34,420 nucleotides of DNA, from IMG/VR virus record IMGVR_UViG_3300020045_001026, positions 1-34,420 of that record. The stretch is one strand, 5' to 3'. A program made the translations under genes and the position numbers. The DNA comes from a virus (taxonomy: Duplodnaviria; Caudoviricetes). A model generated the notes under the pieces. The model made no database searches. It saw nothing but the letters and a program-made list of their open reading frames with translations, and had not been told where the DNA came from. Numbering within the stretch: position 1 is the first letter of the stretch; every line of letters starts with the position of its first letter. Below, in pieces: positions 1 through 10,160 of the stretch.

Positions 1-121
1 GTAACAATTGTAAAGCCTAATGAAGATTGATTTAAAGTCAACAGTCATATTTGAAAAGAATTACAGCGCACTTCAGTCAGAGGTGCGTTTCATTGTTAAT
101 GAAGGTGGTTCACGTTCCAGT
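1..121. repeat. 121-bp direct terminal repeat (copy 1), circular assembly overlap
   Basis: Identical to 34300-34420; TerS end and TerL start join seamlessly across it. Confidence 0.97.
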
Positions 122-1189
122 AAGACTTATTCACTTTGTCAACTGATTATACTCTATTCACTTCAGAATCCTAAGAACGTCACCTCAATAGTTCGTAAGA
201 CATTCCCTGCATTGAGGGCAACTGTTATGCGTGACTTCTTTGAGGTGATGAAAGACATGGGTATCTACAACGTTCAGAACCATAACAAGTCAGAACATAT
301 CTACCTATTCGATAACGGTGCAATGGTTGAGTTCTTTTCAGTAGATGATGAGCAGAAGATTAGAGGTCGTAAGCGTGACATTGCTTGGGTGAATGAAGCT
401 AATGAGTTATGGCACGAAGATTTTGTACAGCTTAATATGCGTACATCTAAGAAGCTAATCTTTGACTACAATCCATCTGATTCTGATTCATGGCTATATC
501 AACTACCTGCTGAAGATAAAGTTGTAATTAGATCCACCTATAAAGATAATCCATTCCTAGAGGTTGCCATCCGTAAACAGATTGAAGATTTAAAGAACAC
601 AGATGAGATAGCGTATCAAATCTATGCGCTCGGTCAACACGCAGTAAGTCGAGAGAATGTGTACCAACGTTGGGAGGTGTTAGCATCTAAGCCTGAACGC
701 TTCACTAGATACGTTTACGGTCTTGATTTTGGTTATCAGCATCCAACTGCACTAATCAGAGTGTGGTACTTCGAGAATGAATTGTACTTAGAAGAGGTCA
801 TTTATAAATCCTACCTAACATCACAAGACCTATGCAACCGAATGAACGCACTAGGCATTGATAAGACTACGGAAATCATAGCAGACTACGCAAGACCTGA
901 AATGATACAAGAACTTAGGTTAGAAGGCTTCTATGTACTCAATGCTAACAAGTCAGTCGATAAGGGAATAAACGCTATTAGAACAAGTAAGGTTTACATA
1001 GCGCAAGGAAGCAAGAACATTGAGCGTGAGAATAAGAACTATAAACACAAGAAGATAAACGGTGACATTCGAGATAAGGAGGTGAGTAAACGACATGATG
1101 ATGCTATGGATGCGATACGTTATGCGGGGTTGTGGGTGCAGTCATTTTCAGTTGATGGAGTAGAAGAAACTTTCTCGTTCGAATTGTAG
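20..1189 (+). CDS. terL: Terminase large subunit, PBSX-like
   Basis: Walker A GGSRSSKT, Walker B WVNEANE, coupling motif DYNP, nuclease GLDFGY and HDDAMDAIRY. Confidence 0.95.
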   Translation: MKIDLKSTVIFEKNYSALQSEVRFIVNEGGSRSSKTYSLCQLIILYSLQNPKNVTSIVRKTFPALRATVMRDFFEVMKDMGIYNVQNHNKSEHIYLFDNGAMVEFFSVDDEQKIRGRKRDIAWVNEANELWHEDFVQLNMRTSKKLIFDYNPSDSDSWLYQLPAEDKVVIRSTYKDNPFLEVAIRKQIEDLKNTDEIAYQIYALGQHAVSRENVYQRWEVLASKPERFTRYVYGLDFGYQHPTALIRVWYFENELYLEEVIYKSYLTSQDLCNRMNALGIDKTTEIIADYARPEMIQELRLEGFYVLNANKSVDKGINAIRTSKVYIAQGSKNIERENKNYKHKKINGDIRDKEVSKRHDDAMDAIRYAGLWVQSFSVDGVEETFSFEL

Positions 1190-1204
1190 TACTTCTCCCT
1201 ATAC
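1178..1204 (+). promoter_or_regulatory. Putative phage late promoter, TTCGAAT-N12-CCCTATAC
   Basis: Same bipartite motif at 13471 and 16152, each 4-6 nt before a structural gene ATG. Confidence 0.7.
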
Positions 1205-1208
1205 TTGT

Positions 1209-2615
1209 ATGGCAATTACATTAATAGCAAAACCTTATACTTTCTCACCTGCTTACAATGAGTTAAAGTATATCTATGATTCTACTAATAAGAATCAATT
1301 AGGGTTTAAATATATCTTTCAAGTGTTTCCTGCGGGTGGTTCAACTGCTATTGGGACTTATAGAGTATTACCATTGGTGTCAAGTGGTTACGGTGAACAG
1401 GACTTATCTAAGTTACTAAGCAACTATGTTAGCTATGACCTACCAAGTGGAGCAAGTTACAACGCAGTTAACTCATTCTACAAGTACGATGTCAAAGTAG
1501 GTGAGGAATATGTAACAGGGGTTAACTACACCGCTTCATTAACTGACAACGGTGGCAATGTTAAGATAACTATTACCCATGCTTTCGTTGTAGGTGACCA
1601 AGTAAGAATTGTACAAGATGATAATGGTGTTGCTAATCCACAGTTGGAAGGTCTATTCGTTGTGACTGCTATTACAGGTACTACTGACTTTACTGTTTCG
1701 GCTCTATGGTCAGAGGTTACTGATGCAACTATAAACGGATCGGTGTACTATGCTGACAACCGTAAGACACAAACGCTTAATGTAATCAACGCTACTAACT
1801 GTTATGTGTTCAATGGTGCATTCAGTTGGATTGATATGATTAGCTATAACGAAGCGAATTACAACTGTGACAACGATAGGGACTTACTCTTAACCGATAT
1901 GCCACAGACAGGCTTCTATGCAACACCTGACCAAGACTTAATTGTAAACGTTCCTAATGATTCCGTTGCAACAGGTTTCATGTACTTCGAGAGTTCAACA
2001 GGTACAATCTTTAGTAAGGCTATCACCAACGCTGATAAGATAACAGCTTGTACGGTTGGGCTTAATAACGTTGGAACACTAACTAATGTGAGTGGTTCGG
2101 GTTCACTAAGCGATGCTGAATGGTATGACTTCTACTACACTAACTCAGCAGGTGTACGCAAGTCAGTTAAGTATAGAGTGAATGTAGATAGACGTTGTAA
2201 GATTGAAGATTATGAGATTCTATTCCTAGACCGTAAAGGTTCGTTAATGTCGTTTGCGTTTCAGTTACGAAGCTATGAGCGTGGCAACATTCAGAAGCAA
2301 TCGTATAACAAGGACGTTCCAGGTTATGTATCATCCAACCGTTGGCAGTATTACCCAACTGAGTTTGGAATGGCAGTTAGTAACGTTCAGTTAGATAAGA
2401 CAATCGAACTTAATACTAACTATATGAGTGGTGAAATGGCTACTTACTTCGAGCAGTTGTTGACTTCTCCGTTATGTTACTTGAAGGTTGGCTCATCATA
2501 TCAAGCGGTGGAGGTTACTGATACATCATTCGAGAATGAAAAGACTGTAAACAAGCATTTGATTAGAAAGACAATAACTGTTAAAGCAGCAAATCAAAAT
2601 ATTATCAATGGTTAG
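1209..2615 (+). CDS. Tail/baseplate structural protein with inserted E1-FCCH-like beta domain
   Basis: Thr/Val/Asn-rich; segment ITITHAFVVGDQVRI...GLFVVTAITGTTDFTV resembles the FCCH-like insert seen in phage tail proteins; first gene of tail operon. Confidence 0.65.
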   Translation: MAITLIAKPYTFSPAYNELKYIYDSTNKNQLGFKYIFQVFPAGGSTAIGTYRVLPLVSSGYGEQDLSKLLSNYVSYDLPSGASYNAVNSFYKYDVKVGEEYVTGVNYTASLTDNGGNVKITITHAFVVGDQVRIVQDDNGVANPQLEGLFVVTAITGTTDFTVSALWSEVTDATINGSVYYADNRKTQTLNVINATNCYVFNGAFSWIDMISYNEANYNCDNDRDLLLTDMPQTGFYATPDQDLIVNVPNDSVATGFMYFESSTGTIFSKAITNADKITACTVGLNNVGTLTNVSGSGSLSDAEWYDFYYTNSAGVRKSVKYRVNVDRRCKIEDYEILFLDRKGSLMSFAFQLRSYERGNIQKQSYNKDVPGYVSSNRWQYYPTEFGMAVSNVQLDKTIELNTNYMSGEMATYFEQLLTSPLCYLKVGSSYQAVEVTDTSFENEKTVNKHLIRKTITVKAANQNIING

Positions 2616-5310
2616 GATTCAATTAGAGAATGGGTACTTAGATATTAAGGAGGGTAGTAATTTCCCTCTTAACTTTGGTGTTGCTGATATTCGTGATGTC
2701 ACTCAGAAATCAGGTGCTACAAGTAAGACTTTAATAGCAGTTGGTAGTAAGAACAATCACACGCTACTTAATCATTACTACGATGTTAATATTGTAGCAG
2801 GTACGTTTGATATTAATGCGCTTACTAAATGCTCAGTTATCCAAGATGGAATACCTATCATGGAAGATTGCTACCTTCAGTTACTATCGGTTAACAAGGT
2901 ACAACCTAACCGACAATACGAAGATTCTGTTGAGTATGAGTTGATGGTGAAAGATGCACAGTCTGATTTCTTTACTAAGTTGGACAATCAATACTTGACT
3001 GATTTAGACTTCAGTGATCTAAACCATGTAATAAGCGCAACTAACATAGTAGCTACATTCAGCAATACTATTGCAGATGGCTACAAGTACTTACTGCCCT
3101 GGTCACTAGATAATCAGTACCCACTTAAAGAGATGCGTCCTGCTATCTATGCAAAGCGTTACTTCGATGCTATCTTTGCTTCTAATGGATTCAGCTATAC
3201 ATGGTCTACAAGTGCCGCTGCTAAGTTTGAGAAACTGATTGTACCTTACAATGGTGACTTGCCTATTCTTGACTATGAGAGTTATGAAGTACAAGCAACT
3301 AAGGTAGACACTTATACATTCACTCAATCAGCAGGAACGAACGTATCAAGCTACTCGTTACTAGATAACATGACTGAGGTGTTGGATGCTGAAGCGGTGT
3401 TTGACCCCACAACAGGTGAGTACACATCTGACTTCATTGTGACAGGTGGTGAAGCAATAGTGTATAACTTTACTGTTGACTTTGATTTACAGTTAGACAA
3501 TACAACAGGTGCAACGGCTTATCTATATTCAGCTAATACGGCTGCACAGAACGTTTACTCACCTACGTTACAACTGTATAAGAATGGTGTGTTGTACGTT
3601 ACAGGATTACCACTAGCATCATTCAATAAGAACGTTGTATCTAACACACTAGCTTCAGGAGTTACAACAGTGCTAAGTGGTACGTATAGTACTAGCGTTC
3701 CTATTAGTGGACTTGTAGCAGGTGATATAATAACGGCTTACGTTGGTGTTCAAGTGGTGTCAAGTGGTTCACCGTTATGGAAGGATGCCAATTCAGGAAG
3801 TGGTACGAATGTACAGGTAGATATGATTCTTGACGTGAATAGTCTTAGCATGACCGTTCAACCATCGACTAACATCATCGGTTCGGGTTCAACTGTTGAG
3901 ATGTCACGATTTGTTCCTAAGAAGATTAAGCAAAGAGATTTCGTTAAGGGTATTCTATCAATGTTCAACCTATTTATTGAGGTTGATAAGAACGCTCCGA
4001 ATACTTTAATACTTCAGCATAGAGATGATTATTACGATAGTGGTGCGGTTGTCGATTGGACTAGTAAACTATGCAAGAACATTGAGCAACAGTTAATCTT
4101 TCTTCCTGACATCACAGCTAAGAAGATGATTCTAACTTACAAGGCTGATGATGATCTACCTAACAAGGACTATACAGGTGTAACCAATGAGATATACGGT
4201 CAGTTAGAGTACACGTTCGATACTGAATATCAAAAGGGAATAGATGTAAAGGAGATGATATTCTCACCTACTCCTGTTGGTAAGACTATCTTTGATGCTT
4301 ACGTTCCATTCATTGCAGGTAGCGCACCTAATACTAACATAAGAATCTTAATAGATGGTGGAACTGATACTTGTGAGCCTTATAATATTTACGATTATGG
4401 CACGACTGGAGAAGTAGATATTACTTACTACCCATTGATTGGTCACTTTGATGATCCGTTAAACCCAACGTTCGATTTGAACTTCGCAACGTGTGACTTC
4501 TATTATTACAATGGAGTGTTGCCGACTAACAATAACTTGTATAATAAGTATTGGAGAAGAACAGTTAACCAAATCAATACAGGTAAGATGTTGGTGGCGT
4601 TCTTTGATTTAAATGAAGCCGATATACAGTCGTTACGTTTGAATGATAAGATACGCATTGATAACTCATGGTGGAATATTAACCGAGTGATTGACTATAA
4701 TGCAAACGTTAAAGGATTTACTAAGGTTGAATTAATAAGTATTGATACCGAGATAGACCTACCACCGTTCAATTATCGTATTCCTAAGCTACCAACGGAT
4801 GCACAGATTAGTCGTGCTACTAAACAGATGATTGACACCTCTAATACTAACAACAACGTTGTTATGCTTGGTGCTGATGTTATCATAAAGGGGCGTGACA
4901 ATGTTGTACTTGGTGCTACTAAAGGAATGATTGTAGGTGATGGTAATGTGGTGAGTGATGAGTATGTGAATATAAACCAAGTCAAGTCAACACCATTAAC
5001 AATAAAGGCTATAATAACCCAAGTAACTACTGATGACCCTACTATATCTATATTAGAAGATTCGGTAGGTATTGAATCAGTATTGAGAGTTGGAACAGGT
5101 GCATTTGAGATTACTGCAACAGGTAAGTTTCCTGACGTAACGAAAGTATTTATAACTACAAGTCCACTTAGAACCATAACAAAAGAAGTTCGTGCTTACA
5201 GATTAAACACGAACGTCTTTAGATTTGATACATATTCAAGTGGTGCTTTGACTGATGGAATTTTAATCAGTACAGAACCGTTATCACTTATGATTGAAGT
5301 ATATCCTTAA
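2608..5310 (+). CDS. Large tail hub/tip protein (900 aa), probably host recognition
   Basis: Beta-rich central insert and a C-terminal fibre-tip-like domain; lies upstream of the tape measure gene. Confidence 0.7.
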   Translation: MVRIQLENGYLDIKEGSNFPLNFGVADIRDVTQKSGATSKTLIAVGSKNNHTLLNHYYDVNIVAGTFDINALTKCSVIQDGIPIMEDCYLQLLSVNKVQPNRQYEDSVEYELMVKDAQSDFFTKLDNQYLTDLDFSDLNHVISATNIVATFSNTIADGYKYLLPWSLDNQYPLKEMRPAIYAKRYFDAIFASNGFSYTWSTSAAAKFEKLIVPYNGDLPILDYESYEVQATKVDTYTFTQSAGTNVSSYSLLDNMTEVLDAEAVFDPTTGEYTSDFIVTGGEAIVYNFTVDFDLQLDNTTGATAYLYSANTAAQNVYSPTLQLYKNGVLYVTGLPLASFNKNVVSNTLASGVTTVLSGTYSTSVPISGLVAGDIITAYVGVQVVSSGSPLWKDANSGSGTNVQVDMILDVNSLSMTVQPSTNIIGSGSTVEMSRFVPKKIKQRDFVKGILSMFNLFIEVDKNAPNTLILQHRDDYYDSGAVVDWTSKLCKNIEQQLIFLPDITAKKMILTYKADDDLPNKDYTGVTNEIYGQLEYTFDTEYQKGIDVKEMIFSPTPVGKTIFDAYVPFIAGSAPNTNIRILIDGGTDTCEPYNIYDYGTTGEVDITYYPLIGHFDDPLNPTFDLNFATCDFYYYNGVLPTNNNLYNKYWRRTVNQINTGKMLVAFFDLNEADIQSLRLNDKIRIDNSWWNINRVIDYNANVKGFTKVELISIDTEIDLPPFNYRIPKLPTDAQISRATKQMIDTSNTNNNVVMLGADVIIKGRDNVVLGATKGMIVGDGNVVSDEYVNINQVKSTPLTIKAIITQVTTDDPTISILEDSVGIESVLRVGTGAFEITATGKFPDVTKVFITTSPLRTITKEVRAYRLNTNVFRFDTYSSGALTDGILISTEPLSLMIEVYP

Positions 5311-5600
5311 GGGATAATGTAGAATAAATTACAAGTGTCTTGAAAACCATTGTGTGATAAAACAGTATCGTTATTAACAACTAGATAAGCGTAATGATTA
5401 ATAGGAAGAGCCATAGCAGAATACAACCTAACAGAATCACCACTTTGTGCAATAAACACATTTGTATCAATAGACGCACCGTTATGGTAGTAATGATACT
5501 TGTAACCGTTCTTGTACATTTCAACGGTGTTATTGACTTTAATTACGGGCTTCTTACAAGCAAACAAACCCAACACTGACAACAATAATAACTTCTTCAT
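5307..5600 (-). CDS. Small lipoprotein (97 aa), superinfection-exclusion candidate
   Basis: From ATG 5600: MKKLLLLSVLGLFA-C lipobox; own reverse promoter TATCTTTG at 5617-5624. Confidence 0.75.
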   Translation of the reverse strand: MKKLLLLSVLGLFACKKPVIKVNNTVEMYKNGYKYHYYHNGASIDTNVFIAQSGDSVRLYSAMALPINHYAYLVVNNDTVLSHNGFQDTCNLFYIIP

Positions 5601-5616
5601 ATAATTTAGTTTTAAG

Positions 5617-5624
5617 CAAAGATA
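5617..5624 (-). promoter_or_regulatory. Bacteroidota -7 promoter element (TATCTTTG)
   Basis: Exact TAnnTTTG match 16 nt upstream of the lipoprotein ATG. Confidence 0.65.
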
Positions 5625-5631
5625 TAAAAAA

Positions 5632-7524
5632 ATGGCAGATAAAATAATAAATGTTGATATTAGGACGAACACAACAGGTGTTAAGTCGCTTAAGACTGAA
5701 TTAAGAGAAACAATTCAACTACTTCAACAGACAACTGACCCTAAGGCATTCGAGCAACTTTCACTCAAGGCAGCCGACCTTAAGGATAGAATGGCTGAAG
5801 TTAACGAGCAGGTCAACGCATTAGCTTCAGGTTCAAAGTACGAGAAAGTTTCTAAGGCATTCGGTGAGATGGGTGCAGGTCTTAGAGATATGGACTTCGA
5901 TAGACTTGTGCAAGGTTCTAAGTTGTTTGCTAAGTCAGCAGGTGCAATCACATTTAAAGATGCTATTGGTTCTGTTAAACAGATGGGGAGTGCACTACTT
6001 ACAGTTGGTAAAGCAATCTTAACTAATCCTCTATTCCTTATTGCAGGGGTGGTTACTCTTATCGTTGTTGGTATTGTTAAGCTAATGGATAAGCTAGGAA
6101 TACTTAAGAAGATATTTGACTTTGTTGGTGGTGCTATTGATGCAGTTGTACAAGCGTTAAAAGATTTCTTAGATTGGATTGGATTGACTACATTTGCAGC
6201 TGAAGATGCTGCACAGAAGCAAGTCGATGCACTTCAAAAAGTTGCTGACCAACAAGATAAGAACACCGAGAATCTAACAGATGACTATGACCACCGTATT
6301 AAGTTGGCTCAGATTGATGGTAAAAATACTGTTGACATGGAACGTGAGAAACAGAAAGCTATCATTGCAACTCAGAAAGCTAAGTACGATTCATTGGTTG
6401 CTGCAATCGAGATTGGTAAGGCGCAAGGCATCTTAGATGGTGAACAACTAAAGGCACTTAAAGACCAGGCCTTAGCTGCTAAGAAAATGATTCATGAATC
6501 TAAACAAGAAATACAAGTACTCAATGCACAAGAAGTTGCCGATAACAAAAAGAAAGGTCAAGACATTACCAAGCAAGAGGCTCAGAACAATAAGGAGCGA
6601 TTGGCGGCTGCTAAACAATTCGCTGCCGATAGATTGGCAGCAGAGCGATCCATTTTGGATTTACAGCTTGAACTAATGGAAGATGGTATCGCTAAAGAAC
6701 AAGCCTTGAACGATGAGAAGTACAAGCGACTTATAGAAGATACCAACAAGAATGAGAAGTTAAAAGCTGATGAGAAGATTAGAATAACCGCCTTACTTAA
6801 GGAATCGGAGTTTGAAGCTGAGAAAGCTATCAATGAGAAATACAACAACGAGTTAATTGAAGCTAATAGAGTACTTGCTGAGAATCGTTTGAACGCTGAG
6901 ATTGAGAATGAAGCTAAGAGAAAAGAAACTCTTGAAGCTGCCAACGCTGCACTAGGTGAGGCGATGCAGAAACAGGCACAGGATAACTTAGCGCAAGACA
7001 AAGCTAATGCCGATGCAAAGGTGTCTATTGAAAAGTCAGTCTTTGAAGGCGTAGCTGCATTAGGCTCAATCTTCATTAACGATGCAAAGAAGTTAGAAGC
7101 GTTCAACAAGGCTCAAGCATTGGTACAGATTGGAATTGATACGGCTCGTGCTATCTCAGCATTAGTAGCAGCATCACAAGCTAACCCAACGAATGCAGTC
7201 ACAGGTGGTCTTGCAGGTATAGCGCAGTTCGCTAGTGGTATTGCTATGATTATAACTAACATTGCTAAGGCTAAACAGATACTTTCTTCGGGTGGTAAAG
7301 GTTCGGTTAGTACAGGTAGGGGTGGTGCAGGTGCTTCATCTATGCAACCACAAGCTAATATTAACCCTCTTAACTTATATGGTAACGCTAATCAAGGTAA
7401 CAACGTTAACTCCGAGCAAAGTGGCATCATGAACAACATAACTGTTACAGCTATGGTTAGTGAATCGGAGGTTACAGGAACGCAGAAGAAGGTTAGTAAG
7501 ATGGCATTAGCAGGAGTATTATGA
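5632..7524 (+). CDS. Tail tape measure protein
   Basis: Ala/Lys/Glu-rich coiled coils, hydrophobic segment LTNPLFLIAGVVTLIVVGIV, Gly/Ala-rich C-terminus. Confidence 0.8.
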   Translation: MADKIINVDIRTNTTGVKSLKTELRETIQLLQQTTDPKAFEQLSLKAADLKDRMAEVNEQVNALASGSKYEKVSKAFGEMGAGLRDMDFDRLVQGSKLFAKSAGAITFKDAIGSVKQMGSALLTVGKAILTNPLFLIAGVVTLIVVGIVKLMDKLGILKKIFDFVGGAIDAVVQALKDFLDWIGLTTFAAEDAAQKQVDALQKVADQQDKNTENLTDDYDHRIKLAQIDGKNTVDMEREKQKAIIATQKAKYDSLVAAIEIGKAQGILDGEQLKALKDQALAAKKMIHESKQEIQVLNAQEVADNKKKGQDITKQEAQNNKERLAAAKQFAADRLAAERSILDLQLELMEDGIAKEQALNDEKYKRLIEDTNKNEKLKADEKIRITALLKESEFEAEKAINEKYNNELIEANRVLAENRLNAEIENEAKRKETLEAANAALGEAMQKQAQDNLAQDKANADAKVSIEKSVFEGVAALGSIFINDAKKLEAFNKAQALVQIGIDTARAISALVAASQANPTNAVTGGLAGIAQFASGIAMIITNIAKAKQILSSGGKGSVSTGRGGAGASSMQPQANINPLNLYGNANQGNNVNSEQSGIMNNITVTAMVSESEVTGTQKKVSKMALAGVL

Positions 7525-7874
7525 CAAAGCAACAATTCATATCACAGTTAGGGGCTTGTACTCGAACACTCAATGCACAGATTAAACAACAGATAATTGA
7601 TGTTGGTGCAGTTGATACAGGTCGTATGAAGAATAACACTAAGGTGAAGGTATTATACGACTTCTCTAGTGATGTTTTTAGAATTGTTGATGAGGATTCG
7701 GTAAAGTCAACTAATTATTATAAATTTGTAGATAAAGGAACTATTTACATTTCAGCTAGAAACATCACAGATAAGATGTTGAAACGAGATAAAACACAAA
7801 AGGCTTTAGATAAACTATTTGATGTTTGGGCTGAATGGTTAGTAGATAGAGAATTTGAAATAGTAGGATTATGA
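7521..7874 (+). CDS. HK97 gp10-like neck/tail completion protein
   Basis: AVDTGRMKN motif and YYKFVDKGT. Confidence 0.6.
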   Translation: MTKQQFISQLGACTRTLNAQIKQQIIDVGAVDTGRMKNNTKVKVLYDFSSDVFRIVDEDSVKSTNYYKFVDKGTIYISARNITDKMLKRDKTQKALDKLFDVWAEWLVDREFEIVGL

Positions 7875-8281
7875 GTTTTAAAGTACCAGCATCAGTTGAC
7901 TATCAATTTAAACGTAAGTTTAGAGAGTTAGTATTAAACGCCCCATTGATTGATACAGGTATGTTATACCGTTCAATCGAAGTTAGAGCCGAGATAGATT
8001 TGAATTACTCAAACTTTATGAGTAGCAACTATACATACAATATTCAGATATACGCTGAAGAGTATTTAGTTTACCATATTGTACCGATGAATCTAATTGA
8101 TGATTATATTTATTCAGTAGCATTTAATAATACAGTTGAGCGTTTAAGATTGGCGTTTGCCGAATACCTATCCAAAGAGTACCCTTTGATTCGCTTCGAT
8201 AATATCTACTTAGAGTTATCCGAGTTACTTATAATGAACACGCCACAAGGAATACCTATTGACGCTTTAACTTATTATTGA
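7871..8281 (+). CDS. Second gp10-like neck protein (paralog-like)
   Basis: PLIDTGMLYRSI motif; ATGA-coupled to the previous gene. Confidence 0.5.
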   Translation: MSFKVPASVDYQFKRKFRELVLNAPLIDTGMLYRSIEVRAEIDLNYSNFMSSNYTYNIQIYAEEYLVYHIVPMNLIDDYIYSVAFNNTVERLRLAFAEYLSKEYPLIRFDNIYLELSELLIMNTPQGIPIDALTYY

Positions 8282-8282
8282 T

Positions 8283-8344
8283 TATAAACGGTCTAATAGA
8301 ATGATGAATGGTAATTGGTATTAAATTAATTTAGTTTAGATTTG
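8283..8344 (+). promoter_or_regulatory. Inverted LytTR-like direct repeat plus -7 promoter TAGATTTG
   Basis: Reverse strand reads ACCATTCATC-N10-ACCGTTTATA (20-bp period); TAGATTTG at 8337-8344. Confidence 0.6.
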
Positions 8345-8369
8345 TAGAAACATTTAAAAACTAATTATT

Positions 8370-8609
8370 ATGACACCAGTAAACAACAAAAGCCTTATTG
8401 CATTTCTATTTGACCAAATGAATAAGCTAGATGAAAATCAAATCACAGTTGAAGATGCTAAAGCACAAGCAAATTTAGCAAAGCAAGTAAACAATGCTAT
8501 GAAGTATGAGTTAGATTTAGTTAAAACGAAAATGGAGTTGACCGAATTTAACAAGACTAATACTGAAAAGATTGAATTAAGAAATGTTGAATCTAAAAAC
8601 TTTGACTGA
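8370..8609 (+). CDS. Hypothetical helical protein
   Basis: 79-aa ORF with A-rich start; resembles small phage proteins often found upstream of HNH genes. Confidence 0.7.
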   Translation: MTPVNNKSLIAFLFDQMNKLDENQITVEDAKAQANLAKQVNNAMKYELDLVKTKMELTEFNKTNTEKIELRNVESKNFD

Positions 8610-9019
8610 TGACTTATAAAGTAACTCAAAAGGACTATGTTTTTTATTTAGTAGATAAGAAAAAGAGTTCGGGTTTAACAAAGTATGAACTTGAATCTTT
8701 AGGATTACTTATTCAAGGAACGGTTAAACAATATATTGAAAACGAAGTTATGGTTTCGGATTCTAAAACTTATGAATGTTTAGTAATTGGATGCTATTAT
8801 TGTTTAGTTAAAGAATCAAGTATTCATTTAGACTTTAAGAAATATAATAAGCAGTATAAAAAGTTTATAAAAGATAATCCTAAATACGAAAGCCAAGCTA
8901 CTGAATTATACAATGCTAATATGAATATTTACGCTAGGTTTTATAATTGCTCGGTACAATGTTTATTTAGTGATTTTTCAAGGACTAGAGGATTTATAAA
9001 AAAATTACATAAACATTGA
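8609..9019 (+). CDS. Hypothetical protein
   Basis: 136-aa AT-rich ORF, TGATG-coupled to the previous gene. Confidence 0.65.
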   Translation: MTYKVTQKDYVFYLVDKKKSSGLTKYELESLGLLIQGTVKQYIENEVMVSDSKTYECLVIGCYYCLVKESSIHLDFKKYNKQYKKFIKDNPKYESQATELYNANMNIYARFYNCSVQCLFSDFSRTRGFIKKLHKH

Positions 9020-9020
9020 T

Positions 9021-9239
9021 ATGAAAAAACTACATGAACAATTATCTAAATTAGGAACTGTTGAAGTGTTAAAAAAAGGTAATGTTTTTACTTTATTAAT
9101 GACTGGGGAAGGTTTCTATAATTGGACAAAAGTAGATGCTGTAAATATGTTAGTTGTAAGTAGTGTCGGTATGGAATATCCTGTTATTGAAGTGTTGAAA
9201 AATGAAGATAATTGGTTATTGTTAATTCTTAATAAATAA
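9021..9239 (+). CDS. Hypothetical protein
   Basis: 72-aa ORF continuing the operon. Confidence 0.6.
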   Translation: MKKLHEQLSKLGTVEVLKKGNVFTLLMTGEGFYNWTKVDAVNMLVVSSVGMEYPVIEVLKNEDNWLLLILNK

Positions 9240-9290
9240 TGAAACTTAAACATTTATTGCTTATATTAGCGTTTAACTTATTATGTTGGT

Positions 9291-10160
9291 ATGCGATACT
9301 TAAACTTATCCTCTGACGATTACGCGAATATGAGCCATGAGAACGCTAGTGCACTTCGGTCTATTGGTATTCATTGTGATGACTTTGCCATGTATAACCA
9401 TCCGTTTGGATATGCTACTCAATCGAAGCTAATTAGACTAGAAGATATTAGGGAGTTAAGCAAGAACTATGATGTTGTTCAGATATTCCATTCAGACGAA
9501 CGTATATACAAGCAAGTACAGAAGCATCCTAAAGTTGTAGTGTATCATACAGGAACGAGATATAGACAGAATCCAAGCTATTACAATAACGTATTTAAAG
9601 ATTGTATTAACCTTACGGATCAATGTGAGTTTATTCCATTGGGCAACATGAGATACATTGCGCCACATACAGCATTAAGCGGTGTACCTAAACGTCAAGA
9701 TGGTAAACTTATCATAGGTCACTATCCAAGCAATGCTGATGTAAAAGGAACGGATGCAATACTTACTATGCTTGAACCATTCTTTGATGACTTCGAGATT
9801 AGGATTGATACTACTAAGGTAGCACATGAAGAACAACTTAAACGGATGTCAGAGTGCCACGTGTACATAGAACTGTTTGCAACCGAGCAACAAGGTAAGC
9901 CGTATGGTTGTCATGGAGTAACTGCGTTTGAGAGTGCTGCATTAGGATGCTTTACAGTAACTCAGAACATACACCCCGAAGTATATCATAAGGAGTACGG
10001 TGCGTGTTATTTTCACTTAGCGAATGACCGTGATAGTTTTATTCGTACATTTGAAGAGTTAAGGAATGCTGATAGGAATCTATTAACTACTCCTAGTGGT
10101 TTTTACTTTAACCATAATATAGAATCAACAGGATATAAAATTTTAGAATTAACGAGATGA
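9291..10160 (+). CDS. GT-B fold (GT4-like) glycosyltransferase
   Basis: IGHYPSNADVKGT and HGVTAFESAALG resemble GT-B donor-binding motifs; -7-like TATATTAG at 9262-9269. Confidence 0.75.
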   Translation: MRYLNLSSDDYANMSHENASALRSIGIHCDDFAMYNHPFGYATQSKLIRLEDIRELSKNYDVVQIFHSDERIYKQVQKHPKVVVYHTGTRYRQNPSYYNNVFKDCINLTDQCEFIPLGNMRYIAPHTALSGVPKRQDGKLIIGHYPSNADVKGTDAILTMLEPFFDDFEIRIDTTKVAHEEQLKRMSECHVYIELFATEQQGKPYGCHGVTAFESAALGCFTVTQNIHPEVYHKEYGACYFHLANDRDSFIRTFEELRNADRNLLTTPSGFYFNHNIESTGYKILELTR

